DNA of 64,000 nucleotides, from assembly GCA_965261085.1 (NCBI GenBank), contig OZ253442.1:448001-512000 (forward strand), read 5' to 3'. Origin of the DNA: a bacterium. Lineage in GTDB: Bacteria; UBA8248. A program made the translations under genes and the position numbers. The notes under the pieces are model-generated. The model was not told the DNA's origin and did no database searches. It saw only the letters and a list, made by a program, of their open reading frames with translations. Position 1 is the stretch's first letter. The number at the start of each line of letters is the position of its first letter. Positions 12,603-22,557 of this stretch are shown piece by piece.

Positions 12603-13808
12603 GTGGATATACACGAGGCAAAGACCGCCATATCGAAGTTCATCGACGATGAGGCGGACGCGTTGTGGGCGCTCTCTCTCGCGATTCACTCCGACCCGGA
12701 GCCCAGCCTCGAAGAGCACCGTGCGGCGGATCGCCTGTGCGCCTACCTGGAAAGCAACGAATTCTCCCTCACCCGGGGCATGGCGAACCTGCCCACCGCA
12801 TTCCGCGCGGACAGGCCCACCGTGGATGAGAAAAAACCATCCGTATCGTTTCTCTCGGAATACGACGCGCTGCCCGACCTCGGGCACGCCTGCGCCCACA
12901 ACATCATCGGGGTCGCCAGCGCGGCCGCCGGCGTTGCGCTCAAAAAAACGCTCGGCCCCGAATACGGGGGCGTCACCGTTTTCGGCACGCCCGGAGAAGA
13001 AGGCGGAGGCGGCAAGGTCCTGATGGCGCAAACCGGCATGTTTCGAGAAGTGGACGCCGCCATGATGATGCACCCATCGGACGAAACCAGGGTGGACGTC
13101 GATTTTCTCGCGCTCTCAGAGCTTCGCTTTCACTTCAGGGGACGCGCGGCCCACGCCTCCGCAGCGCCCGAGCAAGGGGTCAATGCGCTCGACGCCCTCA
13201 TCGCCACGTTCAACGCCGTCTCCCTGCTTCGCCAGCAACTCCCCCGGGCAGATCGCGTACACGGCGTGATCACCGAGGGCGGGGAGGCGCCCAACATTAT
13301 CCCCGATAAAGCCTCCGCATGGTTTTTCGTGAGGAGTGAAACGATGGAGGGACTCGACGCGTTGCTCTCACGGGTCATCGCCTGCGCGGAAGGCGCGGCC
13401 CTGGCCACAGGCGCGGAACTCGAGACGGAGAAAAACCCCATTACCTACGCTCCCATGCGGGTCAACCTTCCTCTCGCGTCGTTGTTCCTGAAAAACCTGA
13501 ACCGGCTCGGCGTTCACGAACCCGACTCGCCGCCGCCCCTGCGGATGGGATCCTCCGACGCGGGAAACGTCAGCCAGCAAACGCCCACCATTCATCCGCA
13601 AATCCAGATGGTTCCTCAGGGTGTTTCCGCCCACACGCCGGAGTTCGCCGAGGCATCGGCGGGAGCGGAGGGCAGGCGCGTCCTGCTCACCGGCGCCAAG
13701 GCGCTGGCGATGACGGGCGCCGATTTTCTTCTGGATGAAGGAGCGCGCCAGGCCGTTCAGGATGAATTTGCGTGTCGGGGAGATGAAAAACACGGAGCGG
13801 AAAACTGA
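12603..13808 (+). CDS. M20 family amidohydrolase (ACY1L2/AbgB-like)
   Basis: EYDALPDLGHACAHN, GTPGEEGGGGK, MMHP, GSSDAGNVS. Confidence 0.9.
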   Translation: MDIHEAKTAISKFIDDEADALWALSLAIHSDPEPSLEEHRAADRLCAYLESNEFSLTRGMANLPTAFRADRPTVDEKKPSVSFLSEYDALPDLGHACAHNIIGVASAAAGVALKKTLGPEYGGVTVFGTPGEEGGGGKVLMAQTGMFREVDAAMMMHPSDETRVDVDFLALSELRFHFRGRAAHASAAPEQGVNALDALIATFNAVSLLRQQLPRADRVHGVITEGGEAPNIIPDKASAWFFVRSETMEGLDALLSRVIACAEGAALATGAELETEKNPITYAPMRVNLPLASLFLKNLNRLGVHEPDSPPPLRMGSSDAGNVSQQTPTIHPQIQMVPQGVSAHTPEFAEASAGAEGRRVLLTGAKALAMTGADFLLDEGARQAVQDEFACRGDEKHGAEN

Positions 13809-13809
13809 C

Positions 13810-16032
13810 ATGAAGCCACAATCCTGCATCATCGCTATACTCGGCATGTTTCTGCTTCCCGCGCTCGCATGGCCCGCGCCGAAAGCGCCTCCCGCGCGCG
13901 CGTCGAAACCGCCGCTTCCCAGCCAGGCCGCACGTCCTGCCCTGCCCGCAGGGCTCGAAAAACTCCTGGCGAAGGAGCGATACGACGAACTCATCCGGAC
14001 GCTGCGCCGGGAAAAAACGGCCCTGGGCGGCAGGCGCTCTTTTCTGCTGGGACATGCCCACTTGAAGCTCAAGCAATATCGCCCGGCCATCAAGTCGTTC
14101 CAAAAAGCGCTCGAGCAGATTCCCGCGCTCGAGAACTACTCGCTTCTGTTTCTGGCGAAAGCCGCGCTCGGAGCCAAGGATGACGACATCGCCCGGCGCG
14201 CGCTCGAGAGACTGGTCAAAAAAGGAAAAAAAACTCCCGAGCCTCCCTTCGTCTACGAAGAACTGATACGCATACACCGGGCGGAAAAGCGGCCCCTGCG
14301 CGCGGCGGAGGTCGCAAAGCGCTATCTCCTCCTGTTCCCGAAAAGCTTCGAGGCGCCCGACTTTCTGCTCAGGCGCGCCAAGGCGCTCCGCGCCGCGCGG
14401 CGAAACCGCCAGGCCGCGCTCGCCTTTCGGGGGTTGTGGCGGCGACACCCCGAGCACCCCGGCGCGCGCCGGGCGCTACGACGCTCGCTGAGAATCGGCG
14501 CCGCCCTCTCTCCACCGCTCAAAAAACCGGGACCAAAGGCCCACTACGAACGCGCCCGCCTCCTGCGAAAAAGGTATCATTTCGAAAAGGCGTTGAGAGG
14601 GTTTCGGGACTTGAAGCGCCTGTTTCCCAAGGCCCCCTACCACAAAGGCATCACTTTCAACGAAGCGCTCGCGCTCTTTTCCCTGCGCAAAACGAAAGAG
14701 GCGGACCCCGCCCTCAGACACGCCATCAAACACTACGCCCCCGGTGACCCCCGGCGCGCGGAGGCGCGGTATTATCTGGGCAGAAATCACCTGCGCAAAA
14801 AAAACCAACCCGCCTACGAAAAACAGGCGCATCGCTTGCTCAAGGAGACACGAAAAGGAAAATGGGCGGCGAAGACGCGCTTCCTCCTCGCCCGCGTATA
14901 CGAGGACGACCGCGCTTACAAAAAATCCGCGCGCTATTACAATGAGGTAATCTCCAAGCACCCGCGCTCCCCTCTCGCGCCCAAGGCGCTGTTCCAACTC
15001 GCATGGCTTCGCTTTCAGTCCAAAGACTTCCGCCGGGCGCACCAGGGATTCTCCAGGATGAAAACCACCTACCCCGATCACTGGCTGGTCTCATCCGCCA
15101 CCTACTGGGCCGCCGTCTCGGCGGAAAGAAGGGGTGAGCGAAAGAGCGCCCTCGTCCAGTACCGCGCTTGCGCCCGGGGGCATCGCCACCGCTATTACGG
15201 ACAACTCGCCCTGCGCGCGCTCGACCGTCTCGCGCGCGGGGGAGATTCGAGCGCACCGAAACCGCCCCCCCTGAGTGAAGCCGGCTACCGCGAGTGGCTG
15301 CAGCCTCCCGCGAGGAGCGCTCGGGTTCGAGAAGTAGCCGCGCTGCTCTCTTCCATGGGTTTTCATGAACTCGCCGCCAAGGAGTACCGCCGCCTCGGCC
15401 CATCGCCATATTCGCGCTACCACGCGGCGCGCGCCTTCACGGCGGCAGGCCAGAGCCACCGCGCCATTTACCTGATCAACGAATCCTTCTGGGATGCGGT
15501 GCGCGCGGGCGGAAGCGACCTGCCGAGGGAGTTTTGGGAAATCGTCTATCCTCTCGTCGTCAAACGCAAAGAGCCCGGAGGGGCGAACCCCTATCTGGTG
15601 AATGCCGTTATCCGGGCGGAGAGCGCCTTCGACCCACGCGCATTCTCGCCCGCCGGCGCCCGGGGGCTGATGCAGCTCATGCCAGCGACCGGACGCAGGC
15701 TCGCGAGGAAGCACAAAGTCCGCATCAAGTCCGTGGACGACCTGTTCGACCCGAAGATCAACACCCGCCTGGGCGCAAGGCACCTGGGCGCGCTCATTCG
15801 CGAGTTCGGCGGCGCGCTCGTTCCCGCGATAGCGAGCTACAACGCGGGCCGCAAGCCCGTCAAAAAGTGGTGGAAAGCCGGACGCAACAAGCCGGTGGAA
15901 ATCTTCATCGAGGAAATTCCCTACCAGGAAACGAAAAATTACGTCAAAAGAATTTTGGGCTACTACCACGAATATAAAAGAATCTACGGGAAGGCGAACC
16001 GCTCGAAACGGGGGAGAATGCCTCCCTCATGA
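13810..16032 (+). CDS. Soluble lytic transglycosylase with TPR repeats (Slt70-like)
   Basis: Signal peptide, TPRs, C-terminal AVIRAES, GARGLMQLMP, ASYNAG, ETKNYV. Confidence 0.92.
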   Translation: MKPQSCIIAILGMFLLPALAWPAPKAPPARASKPPLPSQAARPALPAGLEKLLAKERYDELIRTLRREKTALGGRRSFLLGHAHLKLKQYRPAIKSFQKALEQIPALENYSLLFLAKAALGAKDDDIARRALERLVKKGKKTPEPPFVYEELIRIHRAEKRPLRAAEVAKRYLLLFPKSFEAPDFLLRRAKALRAARRNRQAALAFRGLWRRHPEHPGARRALRRSLRIGAALSPPLKKPGPKAHYERARLLRKRYHFEKALRGFRDLKRLFPKAPYHKGITFNEALALFSLRKTKEADPALRHAIKHYAPGDPRRAEARYYLGRNHLRKKNQPAYEKQAHRLLKETRKGKWAAKTRFLLARVYEDDRAYKKSARYYNEVISKHPRSPLAPKALFQLAWLRFQSKDFRRAHQGFSRMKTTYPDHWLVSSATYWAAVSAERRGERKSALVQYRACARGHRHRYYGQLALRALDRLARGGDSSAPKPPPLSEAGYREWLQPPARSARVREVAALLSSMGFHELAAKEYRRLGPSPYSRYHAARAFTAAGQSHRAIYLINESFWDAVRAGGSDLPREFWEIVYPLVVKRKEPGGANPYLVNAVIRAESAFDPRAFSPAGARGLMQLMPATGRRLARKHKVRIKSVDDLFDPKINTRLGARHLGALIREFGGALVPAIASYNAGRKPVKKWWKAGRNKPVEIFIEEIPYQETKNYVKRILGYYHEYKRIYGKANRSKRGRMPPS

Positions 16033-17243
16033 ACGACCATCGCCCTCTTCTGGCCATCGGCCTGATGTCGGGAACCTCCGCCGATGGCGTGGACGCCGCC
16101 TTGGTGCGGATTTTCCCGGGCAAGCGCGCCGAAGTCGAAACCCTGGGCTTTCACGCCGCCCCCTACAATAGGAAGTTAAGAGAGCGAATTCTGCTCGCCG
16201 GGGGCGAGGAGGGCGCCTGGACGGAGGAGATATGCTCTCTGCGCCGGGAGGTGGGCGAAGCATTCGCCACAGCCGCCCTCGAAGTGGCGTCACGCGCCGG
16301 CACCGCCCTTGAGAAAATCGATTTTCTGGGCAGCCACGGCCAGACGGTCCGCCATCTCCCGGAGGGCATGGAGGGTACGCGCGGGCCGCTGCTCCCCTCC
16401 ACCTTTCAGATAGGCGATCCCGCCTTCATCGTCGCGGGCACGGGAATCACCTGCGTCAGCGATTTCCGCCCGCGCGACGTGGCCGCAGGCGGCGCGGGCG
16501 CTCCTCTCACTCCCTGGGCGCACCGGATTCTCTTCAGCCGGGAAAACGCCGCCTCCGCCTTCTTGAACCTGGGCGGCATCTCGAACGTCACCTACCTCCC
16601 CCCCGCAGGAGAGGAGGGTGTTTTCGGTTTCGATTGCGGACCTGCGAACATGACGCTCGATGTCCTTGCGGGGCGGATAACGAACGGCGAGATGACCCAC
16701 GACACAGGCGGCGACCTCGCGGCGGCGGGCCGCGTATGCACCGAAACCCTGGCCGAACTCCGCCGACACCCCTACCTGAAAAGAAAACCACCCAAAAGCA
16801 CGGGCAGAGAGATGTTCGGTGAGGCGTTCGTCGATGAAACCGTGGAACGCATGGCTTCGCGCGGAGACGGCCCAAAAGACGCCATCGCCACGCTCACCGC
16901 CTTTTCCGCTTCGTGCGTCGCGGATGCGATTCGGGATTTCTTTCCAAAAGACCCGCCACTCGCCGAGGTGGTGGTCGGCGGCGGCGGCGTCCACAACAAT
17001 ACTCTCATGCGCCGTTTGCGCGACGCCCTGGGCGATCTCCCCCTCGCCAGAAGTGACGCGCGGGGCGTCTCGCCCGACGCGGTCGAGGCCGTCTGTTTCG
17101 CTTTGCTGGCGTGGGGCACGCTCACTGGACAGACGAACAACCTGCCGCGCGTCACCGGTGCGAAGGAGGCGGTATGTCTCGGGAACATCACGCCGGGACG
17201 GAATTTCGCCTCGTTGATGAGGCGTTTCCACGATTCCGCGTGA
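16029..17243 (+). CDS. anmK: Anhydro-N-acetylmuramic acid kinase
   Basis: IGLMSGTSADGVD, GSHGQT, DFRPRDVAAGGAGAPL, NLGGISN, PPKSTGRE; ATGA overlap with slt. Confidence 0.96.
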   Translation: MNDHRPLLAIGLMSGTSADGVDAALVRIFPGKRAEVETLGFHAAPYNRKLRERILLAGGEEGAWTEEICSLRREVGEAFATAALEVASRAGTALEKIDFLGSHGQTVRHLPEGMEGTRGPLLPSTFQIGDPAFIVAGTGITCVSDFRPRDVAAGGAGAPLTPWAHRILFSRENAASAFLNLGGISNVTYLPPAGEEGVFGFDCGPANMTLDVLAGRITNGEMTHDTGGDLAAAGRVCTETLAELRRHPYLKRKPPKSTGREMFGEAFVDETVERMASRGDGPKDAIATLTAFSASCVADAIRDFFPKDPPLAEVVVGGGGVHNNTLMRRLRDALGDLPLARSDARGVSPDAVEAVCFALLAWGTLTGQTNNLPRVTGAKEAVCLGNITPGRNFASLMRRFHDSA

Positions 17244-17315
17244 GTCGGCCCATACACAAATCCCTCAAAATGCGGCATCATGTTCTCTCGATTCTCAACC
17301 AGCAGGAGACAAAAC

Positions 17316-18503
17316 GTGGATGCGGCCATCGAGGCGCAAGCCGTCTCACTCACCAAGGAGTTGATCGGGATTCCCAGCGAGAACCCCACGGGCGATGAGT
17401 TCGCCATGGCGGATCGGATGGAGGCGTTTTTCCGGGGCATCGGCCTCGAGGTTACGCGTGAGCGCGTCTCCGAGAGACGCGAGAACGTGACGGCGGAGAT
17501 CACCGGCGCGAGAGGCGGTCCCGCCCTCGTCATCCTCAATCACATGGATACAGTGCCGGTGGGTGAGGGCTGGTCGCGCGATCCGTTTCTCGCCGCAGAG
17601 GGAGACGGAAAAATCTGGGGACGGGGAAGCTGCGATATGAAGGGCGGCATCGCCGCCGGCCTCGCGGCGATAGAAAACCTTAAAAAACAAATCGACAGCG
17701 GCGCAAAGGCGAGGCGCACGATTCGCTTCTGCATGGTGGTGGATGAAGAAAGCGGCTGCATGACCGGCACCGAGGCGACCATCGCGAGCGGACACATCGG
17801 CGTGGATGACATCGTGATTTCCTGCGAGCCGACCGAACTCGCCCTGGTGACGGCGCAAAAAGGCGCCATGTGGTTCGAGCTCATCTTCAGGGGAAAGAGC
17901 GCCCACGCCGCGACGCCTCACATGGGCGCGGACGCGATTCACGCCGCATCCCACGCCGTGGTGGCTCTCCAGGAAGCGGTGGCGCAACTCCCCCACGAAG
18001 ACCCCCTGCTGGGACGATGCACCATGATCACCAGCATCATCGAGGGAGGCCACAAAACCAACGTGGTCTCCGAGAGATGCGCGATGCAGATAGACTCCCG
18101 CTTCGTCCCTCCCCTGCGGACGGCCGATATCCAGGGGATTATTCACGAGAAAGCCGCCCAGGCTTGCGCCCGGGTGAGCGGGGTCGAATTCTCCCTGCGC
18201 GCCACCATCGCGGACCGCCCACCCGTGACGGCGGACATCGACAGCGCGGGCGCGAGAGTTATTCTGGAGACTTTGGAAGAAATCCTGGGCGCCGAACCCG
18301 AGCCTGCGGGCGTGAGCTATTATTCGGACGCAGGCATGGCCGCGGCCCAAACTGGAAGCCGAAACTGCTTTCTCTTAGGTCCGGGAAACATCGAACAAGC
18401 CCACACGCCCGATGAATTCATCGAAGTCGATTCGCTGAAAAAAGCAGCCCGCCTCTACGGCAGGCTGCTCGAGAAATTCGCGCTGGGCGAAGACTCACCG
18501 TAA
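17316..18503 (+). CDS. ArgE/DapE-family M20 deacylase
   Basis: HMDTVP, GRGSCDMKGG, DEE, CEPT, AHTPDE; GTG start after AGGAG. Confidence 0.9.
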   Translation: MDAAIEAQAVSLTKELIGIPSENPTGDEFAMADRMEAFFRGIGLEVTRERVSERRENVTAEITGARGGPALVILNHMDTVPVGEGWSRDPFLAAEGDGKIWGRGSCDMKGGIAAGLAAIENLKKQIDSGAKARRTIRFCMVVDEESGCMTGTEATIASGHIGVDDIVISCEPTELALVTAQKGAMWFELIFRGKSAHAATPHMGADAIHAASHAVVALQEAVAQLPHEDPLLGRCTMITSIIEGGHKTNVVSERCAMQIDSRFVPPLRTADIQGIIHEKAAQACARVSGVEFSLRATIADRPPVTADIDSAGARVILETLEEILGAEPEPAGVSYYSDAGMAAAQTGSRNCFLLGPGNIEQAHTPDEFIEVDSLKKAARLYGRLLEKFALGEDSP

Positions 18504-18512
18504 ATATCGTCA

Positions 18513-20888
18513 TCACTCATCGCCGCGCTTGTCCAGCGCCCGGAGCATCCCCATGATGCTGTCGAGCGCCTCCGCCGCGCCGAGTTCCTGAAAGATTCGG
18601 CGCGCCATGCTCAAGCATTCGCGCGCAGCCTCCCACTCATGACCCTCGAAATGCACCCGGCCCAGGCTCCCGAGCACCACCCCCTGCGCGAGAACGCTCC
18701 CTTGCTCGCGGCTGATCTCCAGAGCAGCTTCGTACGCTTCGCGCGCTTCAGGCAAATCGCCCCGCGCGTAGTGAATGTTCCCCATGCCGCTCAGGTTCGC
18801 CGCCTCGCCTTTTCTGTTCTCGAGTCCGCGATTCAGGCGCAAGGCGTTCTCGTAATACCGGAGCGCGCGCGTAAATTGCTCCTGCGCCGCAAAGCTCATC
18901 CCCATCTGACCATACACCAGTGCTTCGCCTGCCTTGTCTCCGATTTTCTGGCAGAGATTCAGGGCGTCATCCAGACTCACCTGCGCCGCTTCGTACTCGC
19001 CCGTCTCGCTCAGGACGGAGGCCAGCGCGGTGTGCGCCCGCGCTTCGTTGCGCCTGTCTCCCAATCTGTGGAACAGGTGCGCCGCCTCGGAAAGATGCTC
19101 CCTGGCTTTTTCCTTATCCCCCAGACGGCGGAACAATCGACCGACCCGCATGCGCAAGGTGGATAGTTGATTGATCCCTCCCTGCGACCCAACATAAGCC
19201 AGCGCCTTCTCGTAGGATTCCGCCGCCTTCTCGTCATCGCCCTTGCGCTGGTAGAAATACCCCAGATTCATGTAGACCACCGACTGCATCGGAACATCCC
19301 GACCCGCTTCGCGCAAAGCCTCGCGAGAATAGGAAATCGCGGGATCCATTTTTTCCCGCCGGTAGGAAGCCACGGCCAGGGCGTTGAGAACGGGCGCGAG
19401 CCGACTCGTGCGCCGCAGCGATTCCTTGAGGTGGTCCGTCGCATCTTCGTTGCGCCCCAGGATCATCTCGAGAATGGCCAGACGCAGATATTCTTCGGAC
19501 GCGGGCGTTTGCCGGGCACTCTCGCGTTGGCCGAGATCGATGCCGGCGGCGTTCACCACGCCCGGGGTCCAGGCGGGAAGTTTCTGCTCCATGTTTTCCG
19601 CCAGGAGCAAATCTCCCGGACAAATATCCGCCACGAGTTCGCGTATCAATTCAGAGGGCGTGTTCGCCGGAGCCTCATGCGAGGCGGCCGGTGGCGGCGC
19701 GGCGGCGCGAACGAGTTCCTCCACGTCATCTTCCAGCGAAAAATCAAGCGCCTCGGCGTCTTCTTCCGCCTCGGGTTCCTCGGGCGCAGCGGCGCTATGC
19801 GAAAAAGCGTCATCCTCTGCGCGTTCGCGCTGAATGAGCGAGATGAGATCCTCCTCGGCAGCGGTTTCCGGCGCGGCTTTCTCTTCCGGCTCCGGGGGCG
19901 AAGGCGCCTCATCGGGTTCATCTTCCTCGAAAATCGATCCCTCATTCCAAGATGGCGACTCTTTGTCCTCCTGCTCCTCGAGTCGAGGTTCCGGCGATGA
20001 TTCCCGCGCGACTTCCAGGACCTCATCATCCACCCGATCCTCACGCGCGGGTTCTGCGGGCGCAGCCGCCACGCCCTCGCCCTCACGCGTGAGGCGGAAG
20101 ACCTCGCTTTCTTCCTCGCCATCGCGCGCATCCTCGCCGGAAGCCGCGTCGTCTCGAACTTCACTGACGGCGGGAATGCGCATTCGCAGGGGGATGTCCG
20201 CGTATTCGCTCGTTTCGGCGACTCCCGGAGCCTCCTCCTCATCGGCGAGAACGCCTCCGGCAGTGACCTGCGTTTCGCTGTCGAGTTCGGCCGCCGCCCG
20301 GGCGTCTTCCATCGAGCGTTGAGAGGGCTCGTCTTCCGCCGGCGACTCGGGCGGCTCGTCCAGGGCGGCGTCCAGCAAGTCATCCGCCACGCGGCGGTAT
20401 TCCGCACCCTCGGGCGTGGGCAAATCCTCCCACCAGGGAGCGCCCGGCTCCGCGGTGGGCGCTTCTTCCACGAGAAGTACAGGCTCTTCGTCATCTTCAG
20501 GCGGAGCTTCGTCTTCGGGTGGGAGAGCCTCTTCCTCTGGAAGAACCTCGCGACTTTCCTCCTTGATTACCCGCACGCCTTCTTCCACGTCATCCAGCGA
20601 TCCCGGGGAATTCCCGACTGCCTCCCGGACGATTCCGCTCTGAGCAGATTCATGTTTCTCCTCCTCGACTTCAGGAATGAAATCTTCGATAAAGCGTGAT
20701 GAAACATCCTCCCAGATGTCGGGCGTAGTGCCCCTGGAGCCGTCTTCCAAAAGACCGCCCCAAGCATGCGCCGAACCTCTTGCGCGACTCATGGCGCGGC
20801 GGCGCATCCATAAGACGACGGGGATACCCAAAAGGGCGAGCACTCCCACCGCGCCGAGCAGCGTCTTCCAGGCAGCCGCCTCAAACAT
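18513..20888 (-). CDS. Single-pass membrane protein with long acidic low-complexity linker and C-terminal TPR repeats
   Basis: N-terminal TM followed by RRR, about 400 aa rich in E/D/P/A, repeated (N/Q)LG..Y...G....A...Y..AL TPR motifs. Confidence 0.8.
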   Translation of the reverse strand: MFEAAAWKTLLGAVGVLALLGIPVVLWMRRRAMSRARGSAHAWGGLLEDGSRGTTPDIWEDVSSRFIEDFIPEVEEEKHESAQSGIVREAVGNSPGSLDDVEEGVRVIKEESREVLPEEEALPPEDEAPPEDDEEPVLLVEEAPTAEPGAPWWEDLPTPEGAEYRRVADDLLDAALDEPPESPAEDEPSQRSMEDARAAAELDSETQVTAGGVLADEEEAPGVAETSEYADIPLRMRIPAVSEVRDDAASGEDARDGEEESEVFRLTREGEGVAAAPAEPAREDRVDDEVLEVARESSPEPRLEEQEDKESPSWNEGSIFEEDEPDEAPSPPEPEEKAAPETAAEEDLISLIQRERAEDDAFSHSAAAPEEPEAEEDAEALDFSLEDDVEELVRAAAPPPAASHEAPANTPSELIRELVADICPGDLLLAENMEQKLPAWTPGVVNAAGIDLGQRESARQTPASEEYLRLAILEMILGRNEDATDHLKESLRRTSRLAPVLNALAVASYRREKMDPAISYSREALREAGRDVPMQSVVYMNLGYFYQRKGDDEKAAESYEKALAYVGSQGGINQLSTLRMRVGRLFRRLGDKEKAREHLSEAAHLFHRLGDRRNEARAHTALASVLSETGEYEAAQVSLDDALNLCQKIGDKAGEALVYGQMGMSFAAQEQFTRALRYYENALRLNRGLENRKGEAANLSGMGNIHYARGDLPEAREAYEAALEISREQGSVLAQGVVLGSLGRVHFEGHEWEAARECLSMARRIFQELGAAEALDSIMGMLRALDKRGDE

Positions 20889-22488
20889 TCGCCTTCCCCC
20901 GCCGCGAAAGTTTGCGCAGCGCTCGGCCGGGACGCGCTCCGGTATGGTTTCCACCCTCCACGACGACCTCTCCGTTCACCAGAACCATCTCGACCCCCGA
21001 GGGGTATGCAATGGGACGCTCATAGGTGCACTCATCACGTATCTCGTCAGGGTCGAACAACACGAGATCGGCCTTCATCCCGACCGCGAGACGTCCCCGG
21101 TTCGCTATGCCCAGCCGATCGCAGGGAGCGGAAGTCATCTTCCGGATCGCCTCGGTGAGCGGGAACAGGCCCTCGTCTCGCGCCAGCGCGCCCAGGACAA
21201 AGGGAAAAGTGCCGAAATTTCTCGGGTGAGGCCTGCCCGCGCCCAGGGGCGGCTCGTGCGTGAGCGCGCCCGCGTCCGAACCCACCATGACATAGGGCTT
21301 GCCGAGAATGCGCCGCATGTTCTCCGCACTCATCATGAAAATGAGAATCTCGACGTTCATCCTCTCCTCGATCAGCAAATCGAGCATCGCATCCACGGGG
21401 GCAGCGCCTCGGGTCTCGCCCAGGCGCGCGAGGGTGAGGCCCTCGCAAGGCTGGTTCGCCTCCGTGAACACCCGGCTGATCAGGATGTTCTCCCAATAGG
21501 AGGGCTCGGGGTGCGCTTGTATGATTTCGCCCCTTATCCTCGCCCTGGTTTCCGTGTCCGCGAGACGCTCCGTCTTCTCATCGAGAGCGCCGTCATGCGC
21601 CCAATCGGGCAAAAGCGCGCTCAAGTGGGTGTTCGAGGCCGTATAGGGATAGCGATCGCAGGTCACGTCCTCTCCCCTCTCTCTTGCGCGCTCAATGCGG
21701 GCAAAGGCCTCATCGAGCTTGTCCCAATTACGCTCGCCCGCCGTCTTCAAGTGGCTGATCTGAAGCGGCAGCTCCGCCGATGCGGCCGCGCCCATCACCT
21801 CGTCCATCGCCTCGAGCAGCGCATCTCCCTCGCTGCGCATGTGGGTGGCGAGCAGTCCCCCGCCCCGCGCCGAGACCCGGCAAAGCGCCGTGAGTTCCTC
21901 TTTATCCGCAAAACAAACCGGCGCATAGACCAATCCGGTGGACAGGCCGAAAGCCCCCTGCGCCATCCCGGCGGAGAGCATCTCCTCCATCGCGGCGAGT
22001 TCCTCCGCGCGGGCCGGGCGCGCCTCACCCCCCATCACGCTCGCGCGAATCGTGTTGTGGCCCACCAGATGGGCGTAGTTGATCGATACGCCCACCTCGT
22101 CCACGTGATGAAGATGCTCACTTACGCTCTGAAACGGGAGGTCCAGATCGAATTGCTTCCGGTACCATTTCTTGCGCTCCTCGAACTCGGCTCCGTAAAT
22201 CGGGGAGGCGGCGTAGCCGCAGTTGCCTCCCACGTCGGTCGTCACCCCCTGACGGATCTTCGCGTGAGCCTCGGGATTGATGAGCAGGTAATAATCCGAA
22301 TGACCATGAATGTCGACGAACCCCGGACTCAAGGCCAGGCCGCGTGCGTCGACCTCGCGGCGTGCGGAGCCGCTCACCTCGGGGCCGACCCCCTCAATGG
22401 CGTCACCGCGAACGGCGAGCGCACCTTCATACGGGGGGTCGCCTAGACCATCGAATATCATGGCATGGTGAAATATGACGTCATACAT
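20881..22488 (-). CDS. N-acyl-D-amino-acid deacylase (D-aminoacylase)
   Basis: PGFVDIHGHSD, GNCG, HMRSE, SHLK, GSDAG, HPRNFGTF. Confidence 0.92.
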   Translation of the reverse strand: MYDVIFHHAMIFDGLGDPPYEGALAVRGDAIEGVGPEVSGSARREVDARGLALSPGFVDIHGHSDYYLLINPEAHAKIRQGVTTDVGGNCGYAASPIYGAEFEERKKWYRKQFDLDLPFQSVSEHLHHVDEVGVSINYAHLVGHNTIRASVMGGEARPARAEELAAMEEMLSAGMAQGAFGLSTGLVYAPVCFADKEELTALCRVSARGGGLLATHMRSEGDALLEAMDEVMGAAASAELPLQISHLKTAGERNWDKLDEAFARIERARERGEDVTCDRYPYTASNTHLSALLPDWAHDGALDEKTERLADTETRARIRGEIIQAHPEPSYWENILISRVFTEANQPCEGLTLARLGETRGAAPVDAMLDLLIEERMNVEILIFMMSAENMRRILGKPYVMVGSDAGALTHEPPLGAGRPHPRNFGTFPFVLGALARDEGLFPLTEAIRKMTSAPCDRLGIANRGRLAVGMKADLVLFDPDEIRDECTYERPIAYPSGVEMVLVNGEVVVEGGNHTGARPGRALRKLSRRGKANV

Positions 22489-22557
22489 CGTGGACTGCCC
22501 GGGGCGGATTCGGCTCGACCGTCGAGCTCAACAGCAAACCGAATTATGGGCGAATCT

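Noticed and set aside
20677-22446. Long antisense or alternate-frame ORFs (also 31742-33580, 6514-7851, 11710-13023, 8771-9943)
   Set aside because: Shadow ORFs of well-supported genes in high-GC DNA, with no recognisable motifs.
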